A stretch of 64,000 nt of DNA, from NCBI RefSeq assembly GCF_963921235.1, contig NC_086097.1:141920001-141984000 (forward strand), read 5' to 3'. The stretch comes from Mobula hypostoma (Eukaryota). Within the stretch, counting starts at the first letter, position 1. Each line of letters begins with the position of its first letter. The notes below the pieces were generated by a model. It had not been told where the DNA came from, searched no databases, and saw only the letters and a program-made list of their open reading frames with translations. The translations under genes and the position numbers were made by a program. Positions 26,053 to 39,080 of this stretch are shown piece by piece.

Positions 26053-27390
26053 TATGTCACCAAATACTACTCTGAGATTCATAAAGGCTAGCAAGTGAAA
26101 GTGGATAAGTTGTCTGATCCAGATAGGATGCATACAAAGTTTCTGGGGGAAGTAAGGGAAAGAAATAGACTATAATTATCTGAATATCCTTAAATTTCAC
26201 ATCTGCTAAGAGCAAATTGTAATTGCTATACCCTTGATCAAAAAACAAGTCATTAAAGACCTGGTGATGGGGAAATTTCTAGGTCTTTTTTTAAAATATA
26301 CATTAGGAAAGCATTTAGCCCATTCAGATGAATGCCAGGTTCCGACAGTGTAATTCCATCAGTACTTCCTCTTCCTTATTTCCCTTATGGCCCAAAACTT
26401 ATTTGCTCTCAATTCCCCTGAATGGTTTGTAACCAGCTGGTAATTTACTTGCCAATTCGCCTGGAGTTGGAAGCAGCAGTGTCAACTTTATCACCATCTC
26501 TTGACCAGGGAGAAAAAAAGCAGTAACTTAGGTAAGTTTGGATTGATTGGAGAAAAACAACATGGATTTTTATTTTCAAGGGCAACTCAAATATGCCTGG
26601 CTGCAGTTTATTTTTTAATGAAATAACAGAGGGGATTAATGAGGGAAATGCATTGAGTCTTTGCTTGGGGTGCATTACTGTCTATCAAAGAATCAAAAGG
26701 AGAAAGAAAAGCATGTTGAGGCAAATATCAGAGACGTGCAATAAAAACAGCATTATTGTCATGAGGGAATTTTAGCTTTCCATATGGAGATTGTTGTAAT
26801 GTTAAAGGCTTAAGGGGGTGGAATTGTTAAGGTGTATCCAGAAAAGCCTATGACACGGTACAGGTAGTTCTGCTATAATGCATGTTTTGTACAAATTGGA
26901 TGTAGTGCAATTAATGAATTAGAACAATATTTGAATTATGCTAGCCTATTTGGTTATAACGCCATTTTGATTGGAAATCAGAAAACTAAAGAGCCACTTT
27001 GGAAATTGACTAGTGGGGGTGGGGGGGGGTGTGGAAAGCTGATTTGAAAAATATTCTGGGGGTGGGGGAGGTCCTTTACATGTAACCTCAGACTTGTCTC
27101 TTAAGAGCAAAGACGTTAGTTTCATAAGTGAAAATTGACAAACAATCACTTCTGTTAATACTAGTGTAAGGATACTTTTTTGAACAATTAACATACAGGC
27201 TTTAGTATTCTTAATTTGCAATAACAGAATAAATTATAACTATTAAAAGTATATTTTTTTTAAATACTGCAGGACCCAGACCCCCATTTTCCAATTGACA
27301 TAATTTTATAATGTGATCTGTAATGTAAAGTTTCTTACGAGTGCAGTTGTTATTTTATAGCAGAATTACATGCATTTAGATTGACCAATG

Positions 27391-27616
27391 GCCGGCTGGT
27401 GGCATAGTGGCATCAGCGCCGGACTTCGGAGCGAAGGCTCCCGAGTTCGAATCCAGCCGGCTCCCTTGCACGCTTTTCATCCATGCTGGGTTGAGCGTCG
27501 AACTAGCAACTCGGCCTTGTAAAAATAAGAAAGCCTACTAAAAAAAAACGGCGTCCCGATGACTCCACTCGGAGTTAAGGGCTTTCTTCTTCTTCTTCTT
27601 CTTCTTCTTCTTCTTC
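27391..27616 (+). mobile_element. Young tRNA(Arg-like)-derived SINE with (TTC)n tail
   Basis: A box TGGCATAGTGG, B box GTTCGAATCC, CpGs retained, (TTC)n tail; 14 bp TSD tagattgaccaatg at 27377-27390 and 27617-27630. Confidence 0.92.
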
Positions 27617-27719
27617 TAGATTGACCAATGAAAGGAAAAAGCATTACTAATTGTTTGGGAAATGTAGTTGGTCAAGTGATAGGAATGTCAATTGGGGGAT
27701 CATTTTGGAGGTAGTGATC

Positions 27720-28332
27720 ATAATCAGAATCAGGTTAATTATCACCAGCATGTGATGTGAAATTTGTTAACCTAGCAGCAGCAATTCAATGTAATACATA
27801 ATCTAGCAGAGAGAGAGAAAAAATAATGAATAAAATAAAACAATAAATAAACAAGTAAATCAATTACGTGTATTGAATAGATTTTTAAAAATGTGCAAAA
27901 GCAGAAATACTGTATATTTTTTTAAAAAGTGAGTTAGTGTCCGAAGCTTCAATGTCCATTTAGAAATCGGATGGCAGAGGGGAAGAAGCTATTCCTGAAT
28001 CACTGAGTGTGTTCCTTCAGGCTTTTGTATCTCCTACCTGATGGTAACAGTGAGAAAAGGGCATTCCCTGGACGTCCTTAATAATGGACACTGCCTTTCT
28101 GAGACACCGCTCCCTAAAGATATCCTGGGTACTTTGTAGGCTCGTGCCCAAGATGTAGCTGACTAGATTTACAACCTTCTGCAGCTTCTTTCAGTCCTTT
28201 TGCAGTAGCCCCTCCATACCAGACAGTGATGCAGCCTGTCAGAATGCTCTCCATGGTACATCTATAGAAGTTTTTGAGTGTATTTGATGACATGCCAAAT
28301 CTCTTCAAACTCCTAATAAAGTATAGCCACTC
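27720..28332 (-). mobile_element. Rex1/Babar LINE 3' fragment
   Basis: ORF 28114-28308 LKRFGMSSNTLKNFYRCTMESILTGCITVWYG. Confidence 0.8.
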
Positions 28333-28339
28333 TTTATAT

Positions 28340-31145
28340 TTTAAAGTGAATATAAAAAAGGATGGGATGGGTCAGTAATAAAGGCATCCCTGAATTTAAG
28401 AACAATTTCAGTAGCATAATGAGGGCCTGACCTGGCTCGGGTATGTTTGAACTATCTATTTGCAAGTAAGTCCACATCTGCACTGCAGACTTGCACTTTG
28501 TGGACAGCATGCAAACAAGAAATAGCAAGAATTCAAGACTAACCTGTTCCTGAACATGTAAAAGCTAAGAACAACAAGTATAGTGAATCTTGCGCACTGA
28601 ATGATGTTGAAAGTTGGTTTAAAAGAAACAAATGATTGGTATTGGAAGGTAGTGGCAAGTGAGTGGGTAGCATCAAGAATATAAAAAGTGTAGGGAGATG
28701 CTTAAAAAAGACATTGATAGGGCTAAAAGGGGTCTTAGGAAATCTCTAGCTGATGGGATTAAGATAAATCTGAAGGAATTCTAATTGTACATTAAAAGCA
28801 AAGGAATAACGATGGGGAAAAAGTAAGGCTCAATAGAGATGGTGAACAATCTGTGCATTGAGCCAGAAAATGTAGGTTAAGTCCTCAGTGGATTCATCTA
28901 ATTAGTATTGTTGTCATTGGAGAATTCAATGAAGGGGTGAGGTGCAGATCTTGATAAATAGAAGTGGTGCAGTATGCCTTGGCAAGCTTACATGTGGATA
29001 AATCCCCCTAGACCAGATGGGATGCATCTCAGGCTTCTGTGGGAGGCAGGGGAAGAGACTGCTTGGGCTCTGGTTGAGACTTTCAATCAATTCTCCTTGC
29101 AGTAAACAATTACATTCTGTTAACTTTAATTACTTACTTACATCCTGGCCTCTAACAAATTGTGCCCTAAGATGCCCAGATCCCACTGCTGCTAGAGCTC
29201 TGCCATCTCTCAACATTTAGATATATTTCTTTATTAGTTTGTGGACTGAGTGAATGACCAATCTGCAAACAATTTATAACAGAATTGGGACCTCTACAAT
29301 TAGTCTTGCAATGATTCTTGAACACATTTTGGTGACTACTGGGAAGAGAATGCATGCAGAGGCCATACTTGATATGAGACAACTGATTGAACCCTCACTC
29401 TTCTGGTTTACCTATAAATCAAAGTTCAAAGTAAATTTACTATCAAAGTACATGCATGTCGCTATTTACTACAATGAGATTCATTTTCTTGCAGGCTTTC
29501 ACAGTAAATACAAACATAATAGAATAAATGGAAAACTGTACACAACAAAGATGGACCACTGCCAATGTGCAAAAGACAAACTGCAAACTCAAAAAAAATC
29601 CCAAAATAATATTAACAATTAAGCAATAAATATCAAAAACATGAGTTTGTAGAATCCTTGAAAAAAGAGTTTGTAGGTTGTGGTACCAGTTCAGTTTTGG
29701 GGTGAGTGATGGTTGAGGGGTAATAAATGTTCCTGAGCCTGCTGTTGTGGGCCTGAGACTCCTGTATCTCCTTCTTGATGACAGAGGCGAGAAAAGAGCA
29801 TGTATGCTGGGGGTCCTTGATGATGAATACTGTTTTCAGGATATAGAGATATGGTTGGAGGCCAAGGATATGGATGAGGTCCTAAATGAGCATTTTGCAT
29901 TAGTATTTACCTAGGAAATGGACATGGAATATAGGGAGATAAGGAAGGAGTGTACATTTTGAGATAAGGAGATACTGTGGTTTTGGGTTCCCTAAAGAAG
30001 AATAAAGTGGATAAATCCTCTTAGCCTGATGGGACATATACCAGGTTATTGAGGAAAGCAAGGGATCCTGTTAAGCCACAGGCAACGTCCTGGAAGACTG
30101 GCAAGTAGCTGATGTGGTTCCTTTATTCAACAAGAGAAACTGAGATAATCCTGGAGACTGGTGAGAATCATGTCAGTGCTAGGAAAGTTACTTGAGATAT
30201 TCTGTGAGATATAATTTATGAGCAATTACAGTGTAATTAGGGCAACCAGCATGGCTTTGTGTGAGGCAAGTTATGTCTTATAATTTTTTTCAGGAGGTGA
30301 AGAAGGTACAGCTGTAGATGATGCCTACATAGATTTTAGTATGATATTTGACAAGGAGTCTCATCTAGATGATTAAGATTCTTGGGATCCATGATGAACT
30401 GGCTGTTCAGATTCAGAACTGACATAGCCATAGAAGAGAGAGAGTGGTCAGTAGCACTTATTCTGGCCAGAGGTCTTGACTAGTGGTTCTCAACAGGGAT
30501 ATGTACTTCTACCATTTATGGTTATATCTAAATGACCTGGATGAAAATCCAGTTAGTAAGTTTGGAAATTGTACTAACATTGATGTTATGGATGGTGTAG
30601 AAGACTGCTAAAGGATACAACAGGATATAAAACAGTTGCAGATACAGGTAGAGAAATGACAGATGGAACATAATCCAGCCAAATGTGAAGTGTTGCAATT
30701 TGGGAGATCAAATGTAAAGGGACAATATATTATTAATGACAAGACTCTTAACCATATTTGGGGTGTTTTTGATAGAGTGACTAGGAGGAAATCTGATTGA
30801 GGTTTATACGATTGAGAGGCTTAGAGAGGCAGTATGTTTCTTCCTGGTTGAAGTGATTAATGCCAGAGGGCGTCATTGAAGAAGAGAGGGGTTAAGTTCA
30901 AAAGAGATGTGTAGGGCAAGCTTTTTTGTTACACAAAGTTGGTGGTTGTCTGGTATGCACTGCCAAGGGTCGTGGTAGAAGCATCAAATAAGTTCCTAGA
31001 TAGGCACGTGAATGTGCAGAAAATGAATGTTATGCACATTGTGTAGGCAGAAGGAATTAAGTTATACACTTGATTTCGAATTTAGTTTGGCACAATATTG
31101 TGGACCAAAGAGCCTGAGCCTGTACTGAACTGTTCTGTGTTCTAG
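28340..31145 (+). mobile_element. Old degraded CR1 LINE, interrupted by a Rex1-type 3' end at ~29417-29845
   Basis: Scattered CR1 ORF2 motifs (VDKSP.PDG, QHGFV, DVAYIDFS..FDK, KCEVLQFG) with many stops; ends in a CR1-like 3' UTR. Confidence 0.7.
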
Positions 31146-31300
31146 GAATGAGATTGTGGCAAACAGCTACTGCTCAAATTCCTGGAATAAGTGGAGAGAA
31201 TGTGAATCTGTATAGTGGTGAATGGTTTGAGGGTAATCACCAAAGAATGATCAGTATCCTAAAGTCAGCAGACGTGTCTTTTTATTCTTCTGTTTTCCAG

Positions 31301-31535
31301 ATCTTCAAATAAAGCTGATGGCAGATCCACCCCACAACCGCAGCAGACAAACACACAGCCTGCATCACCTGACAGTGGATATCACCTCCTAAATGAGGCC
31401 TCATTTACTGGCCCTGTCAGTCCTGAAGCTTGCTCATCAGTCAGTTCCTTTTCCTCAAAAGATCGTACAAGAGTCTTGTCCTTCAGTGAGGATACACGAT
31501 CATCAACACCTGAGGTCACAGATGAAGAAGTACAG
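31301..31535 (+). CDS. KANSL1: KANSL1-family protein, exon K
   Basis: ttttccag| SSNKADGRSTPQ...QPASPD...SEDTRSSTPE...VQ |gtatg; compare KANSL1 SYRSSDGRTTPQ...QPASPD...SEDTRCSTPE. Confidence 0.94.
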
Positions 31536-31994
31536 GTATGTTTGAATAATCTGTATTGAATTCAGAATCTTGGATTTTCATAGTCTGTCATAACTTCATG
31601 TTAGCAGTTATGAGGGAATCTACCCAGTTCTATGTTACCCAAAATATCAATGATTGGCCTTTTTAACCAATTGAGATTTCATAATTCAATACATTTCTGG
31701 TAAATGAAAAGTTGTGGGCATTTGGTATCAAATACTTACAATGTACATGCATGCTTGAATCTTTTTGTGGAATCTGTAAATTTTCAGTTATTTTCTTCTC
31801 CCAGCCCACAAAACTATCAGATTTATTCAACTAATTTTATTAATTTGCTCTGTAGGATTTGAACTCATTAGCTGTGATGGTTTGTATTAGTAAATCTCCT
31901 ATGGTGTCTCTTTTATATTGGAGTAAACTAAGATGGTATGGCAAGTTTTTGCACATTTTTGTTTCAATATTGCATTTATTTTAAATTCTTGTAG

Positions 31995-32270
31995 ATGGTG
32001 CAACCATGGGAGCCAAGAATATTTCCCTTATCAGCTGAGGACTTGGAGGCGCTGAAAGGACATTGCAGTTCCCAGAGAGAAAACCGCTGTGAACGATCAA
32101 GAGACCTACACTGGTTGTCAGCTAACAAGTCGGGTGTGAGGACTGAAGCTGCTGCATGTGTCTCTTCGTTGACAGCAACTCCAAGTGCTCCCCCATTTTT
32201 ACAAGATGACGATAGTACTGACTTGAAATTGACTCTGGCAATAGAAAATGATCAAAGTATTGCTAGGTGA
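31995..32270 (+). CDS. KANSL1: KANSL1-family protein, terminal coding exon L
   Basis: cttgtag| MVQPWEPRIFPL (KANSL1 SVQPWERRTFPL) ... NDQSIAR stop TGA at 32268-32270. Confidence 0.93.
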   Translation: MVQPWEPRIFPLSAEDLEALKGHCSSQRENRCERSRDLHWLSANKSGVRTEAAACVSSLTATPSAPPFLQDDDSTDLKLTLAIENDQSIAR

Positions 32271-32321
32271 AGATGATGCACCAGTAAATTAGCAACTAGG
32301 TGTATGTAGCTGACAGATCTT

Positions 32322-32516
32322 GTATATACATGCTGTATCTATATATAAATATATATAAAATACATCTGTACACAGATGCGCGCGTGCACACATGCACACA
32401 CATTTTAGTGTATATACATATACGTATATGATATATAATGTATATATAAAATATATATAGTATATATGCATATGTGATATATGGTATATATACATATATA
32501 TATAGAGAGAGAGAAA
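32322..32516. repeat. (TA)n/(CA)n/(GA)n low-complexity tract in the 3' UTR
   Basis: Imperfect alternating purine-pyrimidine repeats. Confidence 0.8.
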
Positions 32517-33123
32517 CAACTGTTATTTTGTTTTTAATGTTTGATATTCAAACATCTATTTTTGAGAGAATGCATATATAACTTCTTTTCAGTGGGCTTT
32601 TTTCCATTTCTTTTCAAATTGATGTACTGTAAATTGTACCATGGGTTGGGGGGTGGGGGTGGGATATGACCATGGGAAATGGTCACAAATGTAAAGAATA
32701 CAAGGTCCTGTATGTTAGAGTGATGTCAGTCTGTGCCAATTAATCAGGAAGAGAGAGTTTTAGAGATTGAAAACAAAGCTATTTAAAACAAAAAAAAATG
32801 GGAGCGGGATGGGGACAGGATTCCTCCCTGGAAAGAGTAGAAATAGTTTCTCCTGTTGCAGTAAATCCTTGGGCTTGTCTTCATTAACACTGCTGAATTC
32901 TAGAATACTTGTGCTGTTGTATAGCATGCCCGAGGAGTGGTTGACTGACTGTATTTGCCCTATATTAAATTACTACAGTTCTTGTTTACCATTTGTGTTT
33001 CTGCTGTAACTCTCTAAGTCATGGCCTTTCATACAAGGCTGCTCAGTAGTTTGCTTCATTGATTTTTTTCATATATGAGCAGGTAATATGAAAGAGAATC
33101 AAAAAGACATTTACTTGACAAAT

Positions 33124-33129
33124 AATAAA
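33124..33129 (+). terminator. Candidate polyadenylation signal of the KANSL1-family gene
   Basis: First AATAAA noticed after the stop codon; others occur further downstream. Confidence 0.35.
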
Positions 33130-34309
33130 TGGGCTTTCAAAATTAGTGTCGGGCTAAATTTGGATTAAAAATGAATTAAAAATGTGGAGGGCGAAGGCAG
33201 TACAGTGACCTTAACTGGGTCTTCCTGCATCATTCTTCAGTAAAACAATGCATGCAGTCTATATCAGTGTAAAGGGGTGCTAGTAGATGAATTGGAAGGG
33301 TTGAAAATTAAACTAATACCAGTCACATCTAATATCACCTAAATGAAATACCCCAAATTTACTATCAAAGTGGAGATATTAGGGCCTTTTCACCACAATC
33401 ATAAAGTTTTCATTAAATATTGAATGGTGTCATAGGATTAGGATTTAAATGCACATCAAAAAGTAATAAGGGGACTGAAGAACTGTCAGCCTATCATTGG
33501 TGGCAGGGAAACTATAATACAAAAATCTGCAACAAAGTTGTCAATTCAGAAATGTGGGTTAATAAATTGCGAGCAATAAGTTGTTACTTTCTGTGCATCC
33601 TGGAACAAATTTATCATTAACACTTTTCGATTCTGAGGAAAAGTTAAGCAACCTTAAACTATTTAGCTAGACACACTGCAGATGCTCACTAATCTGTTCT
33701 GAATCTGTGGAGTAACTAAAAGCTGATAGACTAAGTACTGATTTATTGCAGTTAGCAAGCAATCAAAATGTACTGGGAATCTAGGGATCATGGTATTGCT
33801 TTTTTCCCCCTTTGCTCCCACCTATTGTCCATCTGCCTCTATTTTCTAACTCCACCTCTCCCCCATTCTCCTCCCTTATGTGGCCTCATCTGCTCATAAT
33901 TCTTCACCTTTCCTCTGTGTACTAATCATCTACTAGCTCCTATCTCATCCTTTTAGTATTTGTACTTGCTGTCTTTCCTCTTCACTCTGCCCTGTTGAAA
34001 GTTTGACAGAATTCACAACTCCTTCCCCACACAGATGGTGCTTGACCCGAATTCCTCCACCAGATTGTTGCTCCAGTGTCTTGTACCTTAATCTGACAAA
34101 GTTTGGAAATTAATAAATTATGATAGGAAGAAAAGTCTTTAAAAACACACTTGTTATTGCAGAAATAAAAGAACTTTAGGGATAAAGGCTATCTACAGAT
34201 CTAATTACTGCATCTCTTACTTATGCTGTATTCTACAAAGTCACATAGAATGCCTCTTTAATGTAAGCACAAAAATAGAAAATCCTGGTGGTAGAAGCTA
34301 TCATGTAGC

Positions 34310-36375
34310 ATAGAGTCATTGAACATTACTGTACAGGCTCCTTGGCCCTTCTAGTTTGTCTGTTACTCAGCCTAGTCTCAGCGACCCTGCACCTAGATTT
34401 ATAGCCCTTATGTCCATGTACTTATCCAAACTTCTTTTAAATGTTGAAATCAAACCCACTTCCAATGGCAGCTCTTTTCACACGTCCTCTTAAAAGGTGA
34501 TACAAGTTCACTTGGGTTCCCCTTGAATCTTTCACCCTTAACCTATGACCTTTAATTCTAGTTTCACCCAAACTGTTGGAAAAGCCTGCTTGCATTAACC
34601 CTAGCTATACTCAATTTTGTGTACCTCTCAAATTTCTCTTCATTTTCTTTGTTCCAGGGAATAAAGTCCTAATCTATTCAAACTTTCCATAAGATATATG
34701 AGCAAAATTAGGTCATCTCGCCCTTAGAGTCTGCTCTATCATTTCATCATGGTGATCCATTTTCCTCATCTCCAATTTACTGTGTTCAACCCACAACCCT
34801 TCATGCCCTGACTAATCAGGAACCTATTAACCTCTGCCTTAAATATACCTAATGACCTGGCTTCCACAGTCATATGTGGCAATGAATTCCACAGATTCAC
34901 CATTCCCTGGCTAAAATTCATCCTCAGCTGTTTCAAATGGACATCCATTTATTCTGAGGTTCTGTCCTCTGCTCTTACTCCCCCAACATAGGAAAAACCC
35001 TCTGCACATCCACTCCATTGAGGCCTCTCAGCATTTGCTAAGTTTGTGTGAGATCCCACTTGTACTTCAGATTTGTCATCCATACATCATTGACATATAA
35101 CGTAAAAGGAGGTGGTCCCAACACAGACTCCTGTGGAACACCACTAGTCACCTGCAGCCAACCAGGAAAGGCCCCTTTAACACTCACTCTTTGCCTCCTG
35201 CCTATCAGCCATTGGTCTATCCATGCTAGTATCTTTTCTGTAATACCATGGGCTCTTAGCTCCATCCTAGCAACATCTTTGTAAATTTTCCCTGCACTCT
35301 TTCATTTTTCTTGGTATCTTTCCTGTAGGTAGGTGCCTAGAACTGCACACGATAGTCCAAATATGGTTTTACCAGCATCTTGTATAATTTCAACATAGTA
35401 TTACAACTCCTGAACTCAATACTTAGATTTATGAAGGCCTATGTGCCAAGTGCCCTCTATTACACTGTCTAAGAATTGTGGAACTGTACTCTCAAATCCC
35501 TCTGTTATAGTGCAGTCCTCAGTACCTTACTATTCATTCTGTAAATCCTACCCTGGTTGTCCTCCCAAAGTGAAGAATCTCACACTTGTCAGCATTAAAT
35601 TCCATCTGTCATTTTCAGCCCATTTTTCTAGCTAGTCCAGATAATCTTACAAGCTTTGATAGCTTTCCTTGCTATCCACTACACCCCCAATCTTGGTCTC
35701 ATCTGCAAATTTGCTAACCTCATTATCATTTAGATCAGGGGTTCCCAACTTGGGGTCTATAGATGCCTTGCCTTAATGGTATTGGTCCACGGCATAAGAA
35801 AGGTTGGGAACCCCTGATTTAGATAATTGACCCTGCATCTATTCCTATGATGCACCACTAGCCACAAGCCTCCAATCAGAGAGACAACTATCTACTATCA
35901 CTCTAGTTTGTCCTGCAAAACCAACTTCAAATCCAATTTACTACCTCATCCTGAATGCTAAGTGTTTGAACCTTCCTAACCAGCCTTACAAGTGGAACCT
36001 TGTCAAAGACCTTGCTGAAGTCCATGTAGACAACATATAATATTACTTTTCCTTCAACTTTCCTAGTAACATCTTTGAAAAACTCTTATAAGATTGGTTA
36101 GACACGATCTACCAGGCAGAAAACGATGTTGAATATACTTGTTCAGGCACTGTCTATTCAACTATTTTTTTTTACCAGTCCTTTACAATACCTTCCAATA
36201 ATTTATCCACTACTGATATCAGATTCATCAACCTATAATTTCTTGGAACCTTTCTTGAACAATGGATCAACGCTATCTATCCTACAGTCCTTCAGCGCCT
36301 CACCTGGGACTAAAGATGTTTTAAATACCCATACTTGTGCCCTGCAAGGTATGAGGGGTCTCCTTGTCAAGTCCT
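34310..36375 (-). mobile_element. Cluster of nested CR1 LINE fragments
   Basis: ELRAHGITEKILAWIDQWLIGRRQRVSVKG...VTSGVPQESVLGP and FSQGMVNLWNSLP ORFs. Confidence 0.8.
35736..35816. mobile_element. 81 bp hAT (Charlie-type) MITE
   Basis: TIR caggggttcccaac / gttgggaacccctg; 8 bp TSD atttagat. Confidence 0.9.
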
Positions 36376-36382
36376 AGGGTAG

Positions 36383-36462
36383 CAAGGGTTCCTAACTTGG
36401 GGTGCATGGATCCCTTCCTTAATGGTATGGGTCCAAGCCATAAAAGAGGTTGGGAACCCCTG
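36383..36462. mobile_element. Second copy of the ~80 bp hAT MITE
   Basis: Colinear with 35736-35816; TSD not clear. Confidence 0.8.
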
Positions 36463-37033
36463 CCCTATAAACTTATTGACTAATTTTCCTCGAGGCAGCA
36501 AAACCTCTTCTGTAATCTGTATCTGTGGAGTGAGAAAACAGCACAGAAAAATGAATGGTTTTGGATAAATGACCTTCCTTAGTTTCTGTGATCGTATTGT
36601 TCCCCATGGTGTTGACAGGTAAGGAGTTCCATAATGTCTCTTTGTGCCTGTGACAATAAAGGAGTGGTGTAAACATCCAAGTCTGGATGGCATGACTTGG
36701 CAGAAAAACAGCCAAACAAAGGAACTGGATGGTGGAGTTCATTTTTGGAAAGTAATGGAAAAAGGTTGGATGTGTTGCTGCAGTCATGTAATAATTGGCA
36801 GCACTGCCTTACAATGTACCAATGTGATAGGATACCAAACAGGTCAACTGCTTTTCTTTGGATGATGTGGAACCTCTTGAATGTTCTTGAGACTACACTC
36901 AGGTGTATGGAGAGCTGAAGTGATTCAGGAGGTGAGGTATTACAGAATATGTCTGCCTTTTCCTCCACAGTATTAGTGTCATGATCCAGTTAAGTTTCTG
37001 ATCATAAGAAAAGAAAACTTAACCATTCTAATC

Positions 37034-37167
37034 ACAAACGACAGAAGATCTGCAAATGCAGGAAATACAAGCAACACACCCACAATGCTGGAGGAACTCA
37101 GCAGGCCAAGCAGCATCTATTGAAAAGTGGAAGTTGACGTATCAGGTGGATACCCTTCATCAGGACT
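37034..37167 (-). mobile_element. Short Penelope-like 3' end beginning at the hammerhead motif
   Basis: Reverse complement agtcCTGATGAagggtatccacctGATAcgtcaact followed by the family tail; attctaa on both flanks. Confidence 0.75.
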
Positions 37168-38269
37168 ATTCTAAATTGCTTCAGTGAAGCCAAAGTGTTA
37201 TGAGGACCATACACTTGTGGCACATTCCACATAGTTGACATTTAGTATCAAAGATTAAGTCTTTTGCAATGTAGTATCTGTCTTATTTTATGGCAGTTGG
37301 CACCCATTTTAATGTAGTATGTAATGCACCATTAAGCTGGGTGCTAACAGCCATAAAACAAGACGGAGAATGTAGTATCATGCTACACTTGTATGCCAGT
37401 ATCATATAATTCTTTCAAACTAAAACAATTCTCATTTGTAGAAATTAATATACCACTTTCAAAGATGGATTAACTAGCAGATCGTATTTTGTAATTGAAT
37501 ACAAAAAATGCTGAAAGAGTCAGCAGTATGTGTAGAAGAGGAGGAAAGTGCCCATTTTCTTTATCTTTACTACATAGGAGGCTATTGGGCGTGCTGAGTC
37601 TGCCCCGCTCAGAATGATCTCAGTAGTTTTGTTCCTCCTCTTATTTCTCATAACGCACAATGTCTCGTGCCTATTAGCACTGCCCTAGACATGTGAGAAA
37701 CTGTATGTTACAGCAAAATAAGTGGAAATTTGGAATTTAGGAGGAAAATGTCTCTCATGGGGAAATACGCGGTCACGGAAAGAATGTGGAAACTCCACAC
37801 GGCACGGGAGATCTCGATCGAAGACCATTCTCAAGTTTTCCTCCATCTCACGGCAATCCTTTCGCTGGATATTACTCAATTCCCATAGATTATTATTGCA
37901 CGGCATCTGGACACCTTCAAGTAGATTGCTATGGTTGCAACTATTAAAAGTCGTGAGTGATAATCATGAGGATTGTCATATATTTGTCAGTTTTATACAA
38001 CATAATGCAACGACAGAGAATTATTAATATTCTTTTTGTTACAGCAATCATTTTCAGTGAGCTTTATATTATGTGGAGCAGTAAATTGATGCTCTGAAAA
38101 ACCTTAACTATTTTCCTTTATGGCTTGCAGTTATTGACCTGATCTCCACTCACCAGCGGTACTGGTAATTTGTCTCAACACCTGCACCAAAGGCTGGATT
38201 GAGTCTCCTGCTTCCTGCCACTAGGGGCTCCATGAGCTCATTGTCATATTTGATCATGTCAGGACCATC

Positions 38270-38348
38270 TTGTCCGCACACAGCTCCTCGTTTCTCCGCG
38301 AAGTTTTTGGAGCCGGTTCCGGGTGATGTTTACTTCCAATATGGCAGC
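38270..38348 (+). promoter_or_regulatory. CpG-rich DHX30 promoter with ETS/GABP-like and YY1-like motifs
   Basis: CpG enrichment ~38270-38590; TTCCGG 38317-38322, ACTTCC 38332-38337, AATATGGC (AANATGGC) overlapping the ATG. Confidence 0.55.
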
Positions 38349-38584
38349 AGCGGTGCGGTCTTCGGGTTTGCTGCGGCTCATCACGAGGAAGCTCTGCCCG
38401 CTCAGGCATCCCGGCACCGGGCCATGGGGACGGACCGCAGCTTTGGTTTGGCACACGAAATGGGACTGTGGCCAGACTCGAGCAATGCACCGGTTGAAGT
38501 GCACCGCGAACCTGCGGACGCAGCAGCAGCGTGACACCGAGGGAGAGGAGCAAGAACTGGAGCGGTCATCAGGAGTAGGGCCGG
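38341..38584 (+). CDS. DHX30: DHX30 exon 1, mitochondrial presequence-like
   Basis: MAAAVRSSGLLRLITRKLCPLRH...: Arg/Leu/Ala-rich, acid-free N-terminus in a CpG island; donor ccgg|gtaggt phase 1 fits exon 2. An in-frame ATG also exists at 38326. Confidence 0.82.
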
Positions 38585-39080
38585 GTAGGTAGCAAGGTGG
38601 GACTCAGGGACAAGTCTGATATACCTCATATATATATATATATATATAGTGTGTGTAATCATTTGTCCGGCGATGTTGAAATATGATCAAAAATGTACTT
38701 ATAAATGTGAAGCACTGCAGCACTGTCATCACGTATTAACTGAAGCTTTCTATTCGCGATGTAGTTAATTATGTTTAAAATTGCAGATTGTAGGTCAACT
38801 TCACTTAAGTCAATATATATTCATTAGATTCAATGGACTATGGTGTATTTTGGGAGGGAAATTGTGATAAAGCATCTTAAGATCTAAACTAAATAAAGAT
38901 TCGATTTGAAATGATGAAGATGTACTTTTAAAAAGTGTTGGAAACAGCAGTACTTGGAGGTGAGTAGGCAGGATTGGTTTCAGTATTTTAAAACGGTTAA
39001 GGGATCCTTGCCTTTATAACCCAAAGTACGAGTTTGCAAAAAAAAACGAAATTGAGCCAATTATGCTTTCAAGTGAAATA

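Noticed and set aside
27391..27465. tRNA gene
   Set aside because: Anticodon stem is broken, and it continues into a SINE body and tail bounded by a TSD.
38199..38662. Overlapping alternative-frame and antisense ORFs at the DHX30 start
   Set aside because: Expected from GC-rich CpG-island composition; no recognisable homology.
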